A DNA stretch of 64,000 nucleotides from Trueperaceae bacterium (GCA_965213705.1 OZ243913.1:1440001-1504000), one strand, 5' to 3'; shown: positions 26,689 to 37,414, numbered from the stretch's first letter. Numbers and translations: made by a program. Notes: generated by a model not told the origin, from the letters alone.

Positions 26689-28905
26689 GTGAAGTTTCTC
26701 AAGATTCTCCAGGGTTTGTTCCTCACTTTGTTGACGGTGGTCTTGTCGGTGGCCGCCTTGCTGACGGCGTCGGCGTTCAAGTGGGCCGAAGAGTTGCCCA
26801 ACCCCGACAAGCTCGACACCTTCGAATTCACCTCGACCTCACAGATTTTCGCTCGAGACGGCACCACCCAAATCGGTGAGATTTTGCCCTTCACGGGCGA
26901 AGACATCGAAACGAAAAACCGGATTCCCGTAACCTTAGACCAGGTGTCGCCCGCCCTGTTGGAGGCCCTCGTCGCCTCGGAGGACGACCAGTTTTTCAAG
27001 CACTACGGTTTCGACGTGCCCGGCTTACTCAAAGCGACCTATGTGGAGTTTTTGGGTGACGCCGACCGGGGCGGCTCGACGATCACGACGCAGGTCGTCA
27101 AAAACGAACTTCTCAGCGACCTCGCGAGCGAACGGTCTTTGGAGCGCAAGTTCAAAGAACTCATGCTCGCGGTGCAGTTGGAGCGCCGCCTGACCAAGCC
27201 CGAAATTCTGCAGCGCTACGTCAACAGTTCGTTTTGGGGCGGCAACGCCTGGGGCATTCACGCGGCGGCGCGCGCTTATTTCGACAAAGACCCCATCGCC
27301 CTGAGTTTGGCGGAAAGTTTGTACTTGGCGCGCATCGTGCCCGCTCCCAACAGCAACCGTAAAGACTTTTTGGGCGTGCGGGCGGACATGCGCGAAGTCT
27401 TGGACCGCATGGTCGAACGCGGGGCCGTCAGCGCGGCAGCGGCCGAGCGGGCGTGGCTCGAGAAAATCGAGCCGCGCGGCTGGAACGTCACCTACGACGA
27501 CGCGGGCAACGTGCTGAGCGCCGAGCCGACCGGCGAAACGCCCAACACACAAACGAGCGTCAGCTCTAGTTTGTCCGACGAAATTACCTTTGCGGTGCGC
27601 AACTGGCTCACCGAGCGCTACGGCAAAGACCGGGTTTACAACAACGGCGGCTTCAAGGTCTACACGACTTTCGACGTTCAAGCCCAGCGAGCCGCGATGG
27701 AAGCGTCCCGCACCGCCGAAGCGCCCGCGGGCGCACAACTCGCCATCGTGGGTTTAGACCCCGCCACCGGCGAGGTACTGGCGATGGTGGGTGAGCGCAT
27801 CGGTTTGGCCTCCGACGAGACCAGCGATCGCCTCAACCGCGCGTTGCAGTCGTACCGGCAGCCGGGCAGTTCGTTCAAACCCATCGTTTACGCCACCGCC
27901 ATCGAGCAGGCCGGTTTTTCGCAGGCGACGCTTCTGAACGACAAAGAAAGAGTGTTCGAACAGAGAAACCAGCCCAACTACGAACCCTCGAATTCCGACA
28001 AAGAGTATGACGGTCTCAGGACGATTCGCTCGCACATGGACCGCTCGCGCAACATCCCGGCCATCGAGGCGTTGGCAGCAGCCACGCCCGAAGCGGTCGC
28101 GGCGCGGGCGCGCGAACTCGGCTACGGCGACGTGAAGCCCTACTACTCCATCGCCCTTGGCACCACCGAAGCGCGGCCCATCGACCACACGGCGGCCATC
28201 GCGGCGTTCGCCAACGACGGCGTCAAGATGGACCCTTACTTCGTCAGTCGGGTCGAAGACGCGAGCGGCAACGTCGTCTACGAGGCGACCCCGCGCGAGA
28301 CGCGGGTTTGGTCGCCGCAGACCGCCTACATCGTCCTCGACATGATGCACGGCAACGTGACGGACGCTATCGGTTTCAGCAACCGGGCCGGTAAAGAGAT
28401 GGGCGACCGCTGGGTGGCGGGCAAGACGGGCACGACCAGCGACGAGAACAACAACGACAAGGACATCTGGTTCGTCGGCATCACGCCGGGGCTGGTCGCC
28501 TCGGTGTGGATAGGTTACGACGACAACACGCCGTTGCCCAAAAACATGGACGCTGCGTTGACGCGTGAGGGCGGACGCGTGAGCAGTTCGCGGCAACCTA
28601 TCTACGTTTGGAAAGACTTCGTGAAAAACGCGCTCAAGGGCAAACCCAACGCCGAGGGCTTCCCCGTACCTGAAGGCATTGTGTTCAAAACGATGAACCT
28701 AATTACCGGTGTGGTGGGCTCCGGTGGGGTCGAGGCGGCCTTTTTGGCGGACACGGCGCTGCGCAACCGCCCGCTGTCGCCGGAGTTGACGCTGACCATT
28801 CCCGTCGACACCCGCACCGACAAGCGGGCCACAGCCATCACACCGCGCGAGTTTCTCGAGTACCGCGTCATTCGTGCCAACGACATCAGCCGGTACCTGA
28901 ACTGA
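26689..28905 (+). CDS. Class A penicillin-binding protein (PBP1A family)
   Basis: GT51 motifs SEDDQF..H.G, GGSTITTQ, RKFKE; transpeptidase SSFK, SRN, KTGT. Confidence 0.93.
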   Translation: MKFLKILQGLFLTLLTVVLSVAALLTASAFKWAEELPNPDKLDTFEFTSTSQIFARDGTTQIGEILPFTGEDIETKNRIPVTLDQVSPALLEALVASEDDQFFKHYGFDVPGLLKATYVEFLGDADRGGSTITTQVVKNELLSDLASERSLERKFKELMLAVQLERRLTKPEILQRYVNSSFWGGNAWGIHAAARAYFDKDPIALSLAESLYLARIVPAPNSNRKDFLGVRADMREVLDRMVERGAVSAAAAERAWLEKIEPRGWNVTYDDAGNVLSAEPTGETPNTQTSVSSSLSDEITFAVRNWLTERYGKDRVYNNGGFKVYTTFDVQAQRAAMEASRTAEAPAGAQLAIVGLDPATGEVLAMVGERIGLASDETSDRLNRALQSYRQPGSSFKPIVYATAIEQAGFSQATLLNDKERVFEQRNQPNYEPSNSDKEYDGLRTIRSHMDRSRNIPAIEALAAATPEAVAARARELGYGDVKPYYSIALGTTEARPIDHTAAIAAFANDGVKMDPYFVSRVEDASGNVVYEATPRETRVWSPQTAYIVLDMMHGNVTDAIGFSNRAGKEMGDRWVAGKTGTTSDENNNDKDIWFVGITPGLVASVWIGYDDNTPLPKNMDAALTREGGRVSSSRQPIYVWKDFVKNALKGKPNAEGFPVPEGIVFKTMNLITGVVGSGGVEAAFLADTALRNRPLSPELTLTIPVDTRTDKRATAITPREFLEYRVIRANDISRYLN

Positions 28906-28930
28906 CCCCGGTTAAGTCTCGAGCCCTTTC

Positions 28931-29833
28931 GTGACCGGTGAAACTCTTACAGCCGTCGTCGGCTTGAGCGTCGGTCACTGGACGCAACCGGGGGCGGCGA
29001 CCGGCTGCACGGTCATTGTCTGTCCGCCCGAGGGCTGTGTGGCCTCGGGCACGGTGCTGGGCGGCGCGCCGGGCAGCCGCGAGACGGCGCTCCTCGCGCC
29101 GGAAAAAACGGTGCAGCGCGTCCACGCCGTCGTGCTGGCGGGGGGCAGCGCCTTCGGGCTGGACGCCGCGACGGGCGTAGTGCGCTGGCTCGCCGAACAA
29201 GGAAGAGGATTTGACACCCCGTTCGCCCGCGTTCCCATCGTCCCGGCCGCCGTTATTTACGACCTGGGAACGGGCCGCGCCGACGTTTTCCCGGACGCGG
29301 CAGCGGGTTATGCGGCGGCCGAAAACGCGACGACCCGCCCGGTCGAGAGCGGGCGGGTCGGTGTGGGGACGGGCGCGACGGTCGGCAAGTACGCAGGCTT
29401 CGACAAAGCCGCGCCGAGCGGTTTGGGGAGCGCAGCCGTCCGGCTGGGTGGCGCAACGGTCGCGGCTTTGGCGGTCAGCAACGCCCTGGGTGACCTTGTC
29501 GACCCCGACACCGGGCGGCGGGTCGCGGGCTCGAGCGCTCACGCGAACTTTCCGGACGCTGCGAAAACGGTTTTCGACGGCGCGAACACCACGCTCGTCG
29601 TCGTCGCCACCGACGCGGCCCTCAGCAAAACGCAGGCTTACGCTCTTTCGCAGAGCGCCCACGTCGGCATCGCCCGCGTCACGCGGCCGTCGCACACGCC
29701 GGCCGACGGTGACACGGCGTTTGTGTTGAGCACGGCAGCGGGCCCGGAAGTGCCGTTATATAACCTCGCGGCTGCAGTTCAAGAGGTGGTTGCGAGAGCT
29801 ATCCTGAACGGGGCCGGGGCGGTGCGGGGCTGA
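28931..29833 (+). CDS. P1/S58 (DmpA-like) peptidase
   Basis: TGCTV, GGAPGSRET, GGSAFGL, NTTL, DGDT.F. Confidence 0.88.
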   Translation: MTGETLTAVVGLSVGHWTQPGAATGCTVIVCPPEGCVASGTVLGGAPGSRETALLAPEKTVQRVHAVVLAGGSAFGLDAATGVVRWLAEQGRGFDTPFARVPIVPAAVIYDLGTGRADVFPDAAAGYAAAENATTRPVESGRVGVGTGATVGKYAGFDKAAPSGLGSAAVRLGGATVAALAVSNALGDLVDPDTGRRVAGSSAHANFPDAAKTVFDGANTTLVVVATDAALSKTQAYALSQSAHVGIARVTRPSHTPADGDTAFVLSTAAGPEVPLYNLAAAVQEVVARAILNGAGAVRG

Positions 29834-29940
29834 AGTGCAGCTCACTCGCGGACGCATCCGGCGACAAACCCCTTGCCACAGGCTTCGGCGCGGCACGACG
29901 CCATACTTTAGCTTCGGCCGAACTGTGAGAGGATAACGCT

Positions 29941-30513
29941 ATGAAAGTCGGCGTTTTGGCTTTACAGGGAGCTTTTCGAGAACACAGGCAAGCGTTGGAA
30001 CGGCTCGGGGCTGCGGTGACGGAGGTACGCTTGCCCGAACACTTGACGGGTTTGCAGGGCGTCGTCATCCCCGGCGGCGAGTCCACGACGATGGTCAAAC
30101 TGATGAAGGCCTACGGCCTCGACAAAGCCATACCGACCTTTTACGACCGGGGCGGGGCGGTGTGGGGCACTTGTGCGGGCGCTATCGCGGTCGCCAGCGA
30201 CATCGTCGGGCATCCCGAACAGCCGCGTTTGGGCCTGCTCGACATCAGCGTCGAGCGGAACGCTTACGGGCGGCAAGTCGCGTCGTTCGAAACCGAGGTC
30301 GAGGTTACAGGTTTGGACGCGCCCTTTCAAACCGTCTTTATCCGCGCGCCGCGCGTTGCTCGGGTGGGTCCGGGGGTCGAGGTGTGGGCGTCCTTAAACG
30401 GCACCCCGATTATGGTCGCGCAGGCTCGACTGTTGGCGACGGTTTTTCACCCCGAACTCACTGGAGACGACCGCGTCCACGAACTTTTCTTGCGGCGTGT
30501 GGTCGGCGCTTAA
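29941..30513 (+). CDS. pdxT: PLP synthase glutaminase subunit
   Basis: GVLALQGAF.EH, PGGESTT, GTCAG, RNAYGRQ, FIRAP, FHPEL. Confidence 0.95.
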   Translation: MKVGVLALQGAFREHRQALERLGAAVTEVRLPEHLTGLQGVVIPGGESTTMVKLMKAYGLDKAIPTFYDRGGAVWGTCAGAIAVASDIVGHPEQPRLGLLDISVERNAYGRQVASFETEVEVTGLDAPFQTVFIRAPRVARVGPGVEVWASLNGTPIMVAQARLLATVFHPELTGDDRVHELFLRRVVGA

Positions 30514-30525
30514 TGGGGTCGGCGT

Positions 30526-30885
30526 TCAGGTGACGTGAAAAGCAACCCAGCGGCCCAGCAGGACAGCGAGCAGACCCGCCGCGAGGCTACCCAGGCTGTA
30601 GAAGAGGGCGACGTGCCACAGCCCCTTGTCGAACAGCGCGAAGGTCTCGAGTTCAAACGTCGAAAACGTCGTCAGCGCCCCTAAAAAACCGGTGCCGACA
30701 GCCGTCTTGAGTTCGGTAGGCAGGGCCAAAGCCGTGTTGAACAGCAAAAAAGACAGCAAAAACGAACCCAAAATGTTGACTGTAAAGGTGGCGACGGGAA
30801 AAACGCCCAAGCCCTGAAAGCTTACGTTGACCAGGTAGCGGCACACCGCCCCAAGCGCCCCGCCCGCCATCACGCCGAGAATCAT
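30526..30885 (-). CDS. crcB: Fluoride channel Fluc/CrcB
   Basis: GGALGA..RY, T..VNILGS, GFLGALTTFSTF..E. Confidence 0.9.
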   Translation of the reverse strand: MILGVMAGGALGAVCRYLVNVSFQGLGVFPVATFTVNILGSFLLSFLLFNTALALPTELKTAVGTGFLGALTTFSTFELETFALFDKGLWHVALFYSLGSLAAGLLAVLLGRWVAFHVT

Positions 30886-30929
30886 GTTTGGCTGCCGGGA
30901 AACAAGTTCACGCTCGAGAGTTTAGCATC

Positions 30930-30969
30930 CAAAAAGACTGGGAGGTTCGCCTTCCTCCCAGTCTTTTTG
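30930..30969. terminator. Strong bidirectional intrinsic terminator after ugd
   Basis: CAAAAAGACTGGGAGG-8nt-CCTCCCAGTCTTTTTG perfect 16-bp stem. Confidence 0.85.
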
Positions 30970-30984
30970 TTTTCTCTTTCGTTT

Positions 30985-32340
30985 TTAGCGTCCGACGCTG
31001 CCGTAGGTAAAGCCGTGTTTTTTGATGTCCGCCGGGTTGAGCAGGTTGCGGGCGTCGAGCAAGAAGTCGCCGCGCATCCGCGCTTTCATGTCGGCCAGGG
31101 GCAGACGCTTGTACTCTTGCCAGTCGGTGACGACGACAACTGCGTCGCAGCCCAGGGCCAAGCACTGCACGTCCTCGCAGTACTCGACCGGCAAGTCCGG
31201 GTACAGTCTGCGGGCGTTGTCGGTAGCGACGGGGTCGTGGACGCGGATGACCGCGCCCCGGTCGTGCAGCTGCTCGATAAGGGTCAGCGCGGGTGCGTCG
31301 CGCAGGTCGTCGGTGTTGCCTTTGAAAGCGAGCCCCAGCAGACCGATGGTGGTGCCGCGCAGGACCTTGAGGTGAGCCTGCAGCCGGTCGATGATGTGCA
31401 GGCGTTGCCGCTGGTTGACCTCGATGGCGGACTCGACGATTTGCATGGGGTAGTCGTAAGCCTTGGCGGTGGTGATGATTGCGCGCGTGTCTTTGCCAAA
31501 GCAGCTGCCGCCCCAGCCGATGCCCGCTTGCAAGTTCTGTGTGCCGATGCGGTTGTCCAAACCGATGGCCCGCGCGACCTCGGTGATGTCCGCGCCGACG
31601 CGCTCGGCGAGACCCGCAAACTCGTTGATAAAGCTGATTTTGGTTGCCAAAAACGAGTTTGCCGCATATTTGGTGAGTTCGGCGCTCGTCGGGGTGGTGG
31701 TGATGAGGGGCGGCAAGGTGTAGCGCTCGGGCCGCGGCGTTTCCAAAGGCGGCTCGAAGGTTTGCTCGAGCAGTGGCGCGTAGAGTTCGCGCAGCAGTCC
31801 GACCGCCGTCGGGTGGTCCGTGCCGATGACGATGCGGTCGGGGTAGAGCGTGTCGTGAATGGCCCGGCCCTCGGCTAAAAATTCGGGATTGGACGCGACC
31901 CACACCGAGGCCTCTGTTCCGGCTACGGCGAGGCTGCGGTGCAAAATACCCTCGACGTGTTTGGCGCTGCCGATAGGCACGGTGGACTTGTTGACCACCA
32001 CGAGTTCCGCGCCCGGCGCTACGCGCTCAGCGACCTCTTGGGCGGCGGCGTCGACGTACTGCAGGTCTGCGTCGCCGTTGAGTTTCGTCGGCGTGCCGAC
32101 TGCTATCAAGACGACGCCCCGACCCGATAGTTTAGGAATTTCGGTGCTGAAGGTCAGGTTGGGTTTGGCTTTGTTCAACAACTCACCCAAGCCGTCTTCG
32201 TGGATGGTGGGCTCGCCGTTGGACAGTTTTTCGACGATGGTCGGGTTTTTATCGACGCAAGTTACGTCGTGGCCCATAAAAGCGAGCGCCACACCCGTGG
32301 TCAACCCGACATAGCCGGTTCCGATAATGGTCACGTTCAT
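30985..32340 (-). CDS. ugd: UDP-glucose/GDP-mannose dehydrogenase
   Basis: GTGYVG, KSTVP, NPEFL.EG, KYAANSFLATKISF, GWGGSCF.KD. Confidence 0.9.
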   Translation of the reverse strand: MNVTIIGTGYVGLTTGVALAFMGHDVTCVDKNPTIVEKLSNGEPTIHEDGLGELLNKAKPNLTFSTEIPKLSGRGVVLIAVGTPTKLNGDADLQYVDAAAQEVAERVAPGAELVVVNKSTVPIGSAKHVEGILHRSLAVAGTEASVWVASNPEFLAEGRAIHDTLYPDRIVIGTDHPTAVGLLRELYAPLLEQTFEPPLETPRPERYTLPPLITTTPTSAELTKYAANSFLATKISFINEFAGLAERVGADITEVARAIGLDNRIGTQNLQAGIGWGGSCFGKDTRAIITTAKAYDYPMQIVESAIEVNQRQRLHIIDRLQAHLKVLRGTTIGLLGLAFKGNTDDLRDAPALTLIEQLHDRGAVIRVHDPVATDNARRLYPDLPVEYCEDVQCLALGCDAVVVVTDWQEYKRLPLADMKARMRGDFLLDARNLLNPADIKKHGFTYGSVGR

Positions 32341-32461
32341 CTCTCAACCTCAAATCCAGTGTTTGGTCGCCCCACGTCCGGGGCACCAAGTCCAGTGTAG
32401 GGCATGGCAAGATGAGAGGGTTTGTTCCTTATCACATCTTTGAAGTGTCGCGGCCGGCGAC

Positions 32462-33835
32462 CTAGACCGTTCCTTTTTTCTCCGGACGGCTCGGCGCACT
32501 CACGGCCTCTCTCAAAAAAACGAACAGAATCGCGAGGATGAGGGTGAGGACGACGGCCAAGGCGGTGTTGAGCGCGCGGCGCGGCGCGACCGCCCCGGCC
32601 GGTACAGACGCTTCGTTGAGCAGGCGTGCGTTGCCCGGCGTGATGGTCGTGACGTAGGTGATGATAGGCTCGAGCGCGACCACGTTTGTGTAGGCGTCGC
32701 GCGCGTTGGTCAGCTCCAGTTCCAAGCGGTCACGCTCCAAGTTGAGAGCGGCGATGCGGCCCAACAGCGTTTCGACCTGCTGTTGGTAGCCCGTCAGCTG
32801 GGTCTCGATGCGGTTTTGCTCCGCGGTCAGACCGGCCAAGTCGACCGCGGCGTCGCGCAGCTCGGTTTCGTTGAGCAAGGCGACGACGCTGCCGGTGAGG
32901 GCGTCGTCGCCCTGCAAGCGGAGTAAGGAGGCGAGTCTGGCCCGCTCTTGCGGCGTTACGGTGTCCTGGCCGCTTCCGGCGTTGCGCTCGCTGTCCCCGT
33001 CGCTGCCTTCAACGCCGGCGTCCTCGCCGCTCGCCGCGCGGTTTTGAAGGGTCAGGATTTCGGCCAACGTGTCGGCGCGGGCGCTCGAGCCGGCCGCAAC
33101 CTCAGCTTGTGAGAGAAGTTCGGCGCGTGCTTGCGCCGAGGCCAAGTCTCGCGCCAGGGTGTCACGCCGCTCCTCGCTGTCGGCAATGCGCTCGGTCAGC
33201 CGCTGCAAAAGTGCCGTCAACGTTTCACCTTCGTCGGTGCGCTGAAAGGTTTCAAAGCGGGTTTCGACCTCGCTGAGCGCGTCTTTGCGCCGAGCAATCT
33301 CTTCCTCGGTGGCGGCTCGCACCGGGTCCAAACTGGCAAGGAGCGAGGTTTTGACCGCGTCCAGGGTGCTCGCCGCCCAGGCGTTGGCGAGCGCCGCCGC
33401 TCGGGCGGGGCGGGTGTCGCGGACGCTGTGGGTGACTAACAAGGACGCTTGTTGGTTGGTCTGCGGACCGATGAGCAGGTCGACGCTGCCGTTAAAACCG
33501 CTGCCGACGCCCGTTGCGGGGGTGTCACCGACGGCCTCGAGGGTCGCCTCTCGGACCGGGCGACTTCCAGCTAAGGTTTCGTAGGTCTCGAACGACACTT
33601 CGTTGGGCGGGCGAAAACTGAGGTTCTGCGCGCCCTGAACCTGGACGGGCGGGGGGGTAACCAGGGTCGTACTCTGCGCTTCGTAAACTTTGGGCAACAG
33701 GCTCGAGACCAGAAACGTGACGGCCCCGACCAGCAGCGCGCTGAGCAGGATAACGGGTAAGCCCCGGCGCAGCACGAGGTAAAGGTCGCGCAAGGAAATT
33801 TCGTCTTCGTAACTGTAGCGTTCAGGGTCGCTCAA
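32462..33835 (-). CDS. Wzz/GumC-like polysaccharide chain-length determinant
   Basis: DEISLRDL, N- and C-terminal TM helices, coiled coil, P..AV.PRR..N; GGAGG before TTG 33835. Confidence 0.8.
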   Translation of the reverse strand: MSDPERYSYEDEISLRDLYLVLRRGLPVILLSALLVGAVTFLVSSLLPKVYEAQSTTLVTPPPVQVQGAQNLSFRPPNEVSFETYETLAGSRPVREATLEAVGDTPATGVGSGFNGSVDLLIGPQTNQQASLLVTHSVRDTRPARAAALANAWAASTLDAVKTSLLASLDPVRAATEEEIARRKDALSEVETRFETFQRTDEGETLTALLQRLTERIADSEERRDTLARDLASAQARAELLSQAEVAAGSSARADTLAEILTLQNRAASGEDAGVEGSDGDSERNAGSGQDTVTPQERARLASLLRLQGDDALTGSVVALLNETELRDAAVDLAGLTAEQNRIETQLTGYQQQVETLLGRIAALNLERDRLELELTNARDAYTNVVALEPIITYVTTITPGNARLLNEASVPAGAVAPRRALNTALAVVLTLILAILFVFLREAVSAPSRPEKKGTV

Positions 33836-34008
33836 AGTGCCTCCGCCTGAGCGCCGCGGGCCGAGCGGCACGTCAGGACTGTATCTTGGCTTTTCTTCGG
33901 TAGCCAGCACCCGCTACGTCCTACCGCTGTAACCCCCGCGGACTCTGAACAAAAGGCATTCTTAAACCTCTGCGAGGGGCTGTTCTTTAAAAGCCGTTCA
34001 GAAAAAAT

Positions 34009-34126
34009 TCCCGTCAAAAACCTGCCCGTCGGGAGACTGCTCATGAGACCGCTCACCGAGAAACTGCTCATCAAGAGGCCGGCTGTCAAGAGGCTGGCAT
34101 TCAAGAGGCCGGCGTTCAAGAGTCTA
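34009..34126. repeat. Degenerate ~15-bp tandem repeats (..TCAAGAGGCCGGC..)
   Basis: About 8 diverging units read directly. Confidence 0.7.
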
Positions 34127-35234
34127 TGTGACGGATAAAGCCCTCGGTCTCGAGCGCGTCGAGTTGGGGTTTGAAGGCGCTCAGTTCGACGCCCAAGTGC
34201 TGCGACACGCTTTCCACGGTAAAGCCTTGTTTGAGCTGTTCCAACACGCGTTTGCCGCCGTTGCCGTAGGCGTGCCGAAACTGGCTCGAGACTTCGCTCA
34301 TGGGGTTGAGCGCGTCCTTGCCCCGCAAGGTGAGAAGGTAACGCCGGTACTCGAAGCCCGCGGGTTCGTCGGGCAGCTGCAAACCGGGGGGCGTTTGGCA
34401 AAGTGGATAGCGGCCGTCTTGAGCGCGCACGGCTGCAACCCGTAAAACGGCGACGCCTTGGCGAACAAACGTGTAGCCTTGCTCGGAACCCTCGAGCCCG
34501 CTGAAGCTCGTCGGTCGCTCGGTGGAGCGGCCGGCCGGCCGGGTGTCGGCGGGCGGGTCTTGGGGCGACAACGCCAAGCCGAGCAAACACTCCAGCAAAT
34601 AAGGGTTGAACGCGCGCGCGTAGAGGCGCGCCGCCGCGTCGGCGGCGTGAGCGCGGCGCAGGGCCCGCAGGGCGGCGGTGTGTTCGCGCACCCGTCCGTC
34701 CTCTTCGTAAAAAGCGGCCCCGACCTCGCCCCCGTAGAACAACACCAACCCCCTGACCAGGGCCGCTTCTAAAGTAAGACAACCTGTAAACGCCTCACCG
34801 CGCAGCTTTTCCAGCAGGGCGGGCAGCTCCGCGGTGCGCGGCTCGAGCGGCGTGAAAAGGCCGAAACCGGGTAAAGCGCGCAGCGCGGCGACCGGACTGG
34901 TCGGAAAACGGCTGCCGACCTGCGGCAACACGCCGGGTTCGTGAGGTTCAAAGTGAAACTGTAAACCGTCGCTGTCGAGCGGGCTGAAACGGCCGAGCTT
35001 GTGGCTCGCTTCGAGCCTTCCGCGGTTGAGCGAAACGAACAAACTGTTGCTTGCCTGCTCCAAGACGAGCGTACCCGAGCACTCCAGCTTTTCCAGGGCC
35101 TCCAGGAGTTCCAAACCGGTGAGCCCACCGGTTTCACCGCGCAAACCGCCGCGTGACTGCGGGCCACTATAAGCTTCACCGCGCGACTTGCCGCGCAACT
35201 CGCCGGGCAAACCCCCCAACTCACCGCGCGTCAT
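34116..35234 (-). CDS. Hypothetical protein (repeated PATAN/DUF4388-like units, C-terminal wHTH-like)
   Basis: Two LL..L.....(S/T)G.L.L units; ATG overlaps the NUDIX stop. Confidence 0.6.
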   Translation of the reverse strand: MTRGELGGLPGELRGKSRGEAYSGPQSRGGLRGETGGLTGLELLEALEKLECSGTLVLEQASNSLFVSLNRGRLEASHKLGRFSPLDSDGLQFHFEPHEPGVLPQVGSRFPTSPVAALRALPGFGLFTPLEPRTAELPALLEKLRGEAFTGCLTLEAALVRGLVLFYGGEVGAAFYEEDGRVREHTAALRALRRAHAADAAARLYARAFNPYLLECLLGLALSPQDPPADTRPAGRSTERPTSFSGLEGSEQGYTFVRQGVAVLRVAAVRAQDGRYPLCQTPPGLQLPDEPAGFEYRRYLLTLRGKDALNPMSEVSSQFRHAYGNGGKRVLEQLKQGFTVESVSQHLGVELSAFKPQLDALETEGFIRHIDS

Positions 35235-35662
35235 TGCGCCTCCCGGTAGTGTTTCAAAGCGGCGTCTAAAAGGACTTTGTCTTGTTCGAAGCTGAGTAGG
35301 GTTCGCACCTCCGCCGCCGGCAAAAAACGGCCGTCGGGAAAGGTCGCCTCGCGCAGGACGGGTTGAGTCGCCGTCGTCGTCATCAAGAACCAGGTTATCA
35401 GGCGGTCCTGGCCCTGAGCGTTGGTATAACGAGTAGTGTGAGCAGGCAGGTCCAGCGCGGCGGCGACGACGCCGGCCTCCTCTTCGACCTCGCGCAACGC
35501 GGCTTCCAACCCGGTTTCGCCGGGGTCCAAGTGGCCTTTGGGAAAAACCCAAGTGCCGTTGCGGTGTCCAAGCACCAACACGTTGCCCTGAGGGTCGAAG
35601 ACGACCCCCCCTGCCCCCTCGATGCGGTCTTGCACTTCTTTGAGCTTCGTCACGGAGTCCAT
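35231..35662 (-). CDS. NUDIX hydrolase (Ap4A hydrolase-like)
   Basis: WVFPKGH, Nudix box GHLDPGETGLEAALREVEEEAGV. Confidence 0.9.
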   Translation of the reverse strand: MDSVTKLKEVQDRIEGAGGVVFDPQGNVLVLGHRNGTWVFPKGHLDPGETGLEAALREVEEEAGVVAAALDLPAHTTRYTNAQGQDRLITWFLMTTTATQPVLREATFPDGRFLPAAEVRTLLSFEQDKVLLDAALKHYREAQ

Positions 35663-35683
35663 GCTAACAAAAAGCGGCACGCT

Positions 35684-37306
35684 TTAGCGTTGCGCGACCG
35701 GGACGCCCTGGTTTAGAAAAGCTGAAATGCCCTCGGCCAAACCTTGAGCCAGCGCGCCCTGGTAGGCGTCGGACCCCAACTTGGGGCCTTCGTCGGGGTG
35801 GGTGACAAAACCGAGTTCGACCAACACGGCCGGTGTGCGCGCTTGGCGCAGTACCTGGAGCGAGAGTTGGCCGACGCCCCGGTCTTTGGCACCCGTCGCC
35901 GTTATCATGCCCGACTGCACCATCTCGGCGAGTTTCCAGCTGTAAGCGAGCTGGCCTTGGCGAACGATGTCGCCCATCACGCTGCGCGCGTCGGTCAGGG
36001 CTTCTTGCGTGATGGCCTGGCCGACGTCACCACCGCCGTTTTCTTTGATAGCCAGGGCGATGTAAGAGTCGTCGATGGGTTCGCCGAACACCCAGGTTTC
36101 GATGCCTTGGGCCTTGCTGCTGGCGACGGCGTTGGCGTGGATGGAGATAAACAGGTTCGTTTCCGGGCTGGCGAGTGTGCCCCGCGCGCTCAGGTCGGCG
36201 CGGTACTTGACGTCGAGTTCGTGGTCGCTGTCCCGGGTCATCAAAACTTCGATACCCTGGCGCTCGAGAAGCGTCTTGAGCTTTAGGGCGACCTGCAAAA
36301 CGACGTCCTCTTCGGCGACGTAGCCTTGCGCACCGGGAAACTTGCCCCCGTGACCGGGGTCGATAACGACGGTTTTTTTAGCGGCTGCGGGCGCTTTGGT
36401 CGCCGTAACGGTGGCTGTAGCGGCTGACACTGACGTCTGGGGCGGCGTCACGGACCCTGTCAGGGGTGCGGCGGCCCCACTCTGCAAGTTAGGCGCGAAG
36501 TCGATGTACAACACTTCCGTGTCGGGTCGCTCGGCGCTGACGGGCAGCAGACCGACCCGGTAGCCCCGACCGTCCGACGCCAACTCGTAGCGCGTGTCGA
36601 CGACGAGGGCCAAGCTGCCGTCCAACTCGGCAAAGTAGAACGCTTTCAAAAAGGGGTCGTCGACTCCTTGCTGAAACGCGTCCGCCCGCAACCCTTCCAG
36701 TTGTACGGCCAAACGGTCGGCCGCGACGAGCAAACGGTACGAAGTGCCTGCGGGCAAGTTGAGGGCCACGCGGCTCGAGCCTTCTTGCAACCCGTAGCGG
36801 GGCGTGCCGACCGTGGCTGGGGGGTTTGGCGCCTGAACCGGTTGCTGGACCGTGTCGACAAACAGTACCCGACTTTCGGCCTCGAAGTCGCTGCGCCCCC
36901 CGAAAGCCTGCACGACGGGGTCGACCGGCACGTAACTAGAGCCCGCTACGAGAATGCCCATCGGACTGTTGCGCACCTCGTCGTCAACCTGGAGCGTGCC
37001 CGCCCTGGTCTGCAACCCCTGTAGGATGTTGCCCGTCGCCTTTAGGGTGACGCTGAGCGTGCCCTTTGAGAAAACGAGCTGTTTGGAGGTGTCGTCGAAG
37101 GCCAAGTCGACGCCCAACGCCTGCGCGAACAAGTCCGCCCTGGCAAAAGCGTCGCTGCTGTTGCCCTGTTTTATAAAATAGTACGGCCCAACCGCAGCGG
37201 CTTGCGCCTGGCCGTCGACCGCTAAAAAATTGTGCTGTTCTTGCGCGCAGACCGTAGCCGCGCTTGCCAGCAAACTCAGGACAAAGGCTGTGATTCGTCT
37301 TTTCAC
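35684..37306 (-). CDS. N-acetylmuramoyl-L-alanine amidase (Amidase_3)
   Basis: VVIDPGHGG, FISIHAN, PAVLVELGF; signal peptide from GTG 37306. Confidence 0.9.
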   Translation of the reverse strand: MKRRITAFVLSLLASAATVCAQEQHNFLAVDGQAQAAAVGPYYFIKQGNSSDAFARADLFAQALGVDLAFDDTSKQLVFSKGTLSVTLKATGNILQGLQTRAGTLQVDDEVRNSPMGILVAGSSYVPVDPVVQAFGGRSDFEAESRVLFVDTVQQPVQAPNPPATVGTPRYGLQEGSSRVALNLPAGTSYRLLVAADRLAVQLEGLRADAFQQGVDDPFLKAFYFAELDGSLALVVDTRYELASDGRGYRVGLLPVSAERPDTEVLYIDFAPNLQSGAAAPLTGSVTPPQTSVSAATATVTATKAPAAAKKTVVIDPGHGGKFPGAQGYVAEEDVVLQVALKLKTLLERQGIEVLMTRDSDHELDVKYRADLSARGTLASPETNLFISIHANAVASSKAQGIETWVFGEPIDDSYIALAIKENGGGDVGQAITQEALTDARSVMGDIVRQGQLAYSWKLAEMVQSGMITATGAKDRGVGQLSLQVLRQARTPAVLVELGFVTHPDEGPKLGSDAYQGALAQGLAEGISAFLNQGVPVAQR

Positions 37307-37414
37307 TCTGTAAGAGAGTTTAACACGGTTTTTTTGAAGGTTTGCTGAGAGCGTGCGCGCCGCGCTGGTTGCCCGACGGACGCCCGCGCTAGACCGAGGC
37401 CGTAGACTGAGGCC

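Noticed and set aside
29941..30513. pdxT without adjacent pdxS as an anomaly
   Set aside because: Split pdxS/pdxT is not rare, and pdxS may lie outside the window
21305..30885. Fluorinase plus fluoride channel as a fluorometabolite system
   Set aside because: The DUF62 protein looks like the common SAM hydrolase, lies over 8 kb from crcB and is separated by unrelated genes
30886..30984. Fluoride riboswitch upstream of crcB
   Set aside because: Only a terminator hairpin is visible; no GGxGAUG...CGCC consensus
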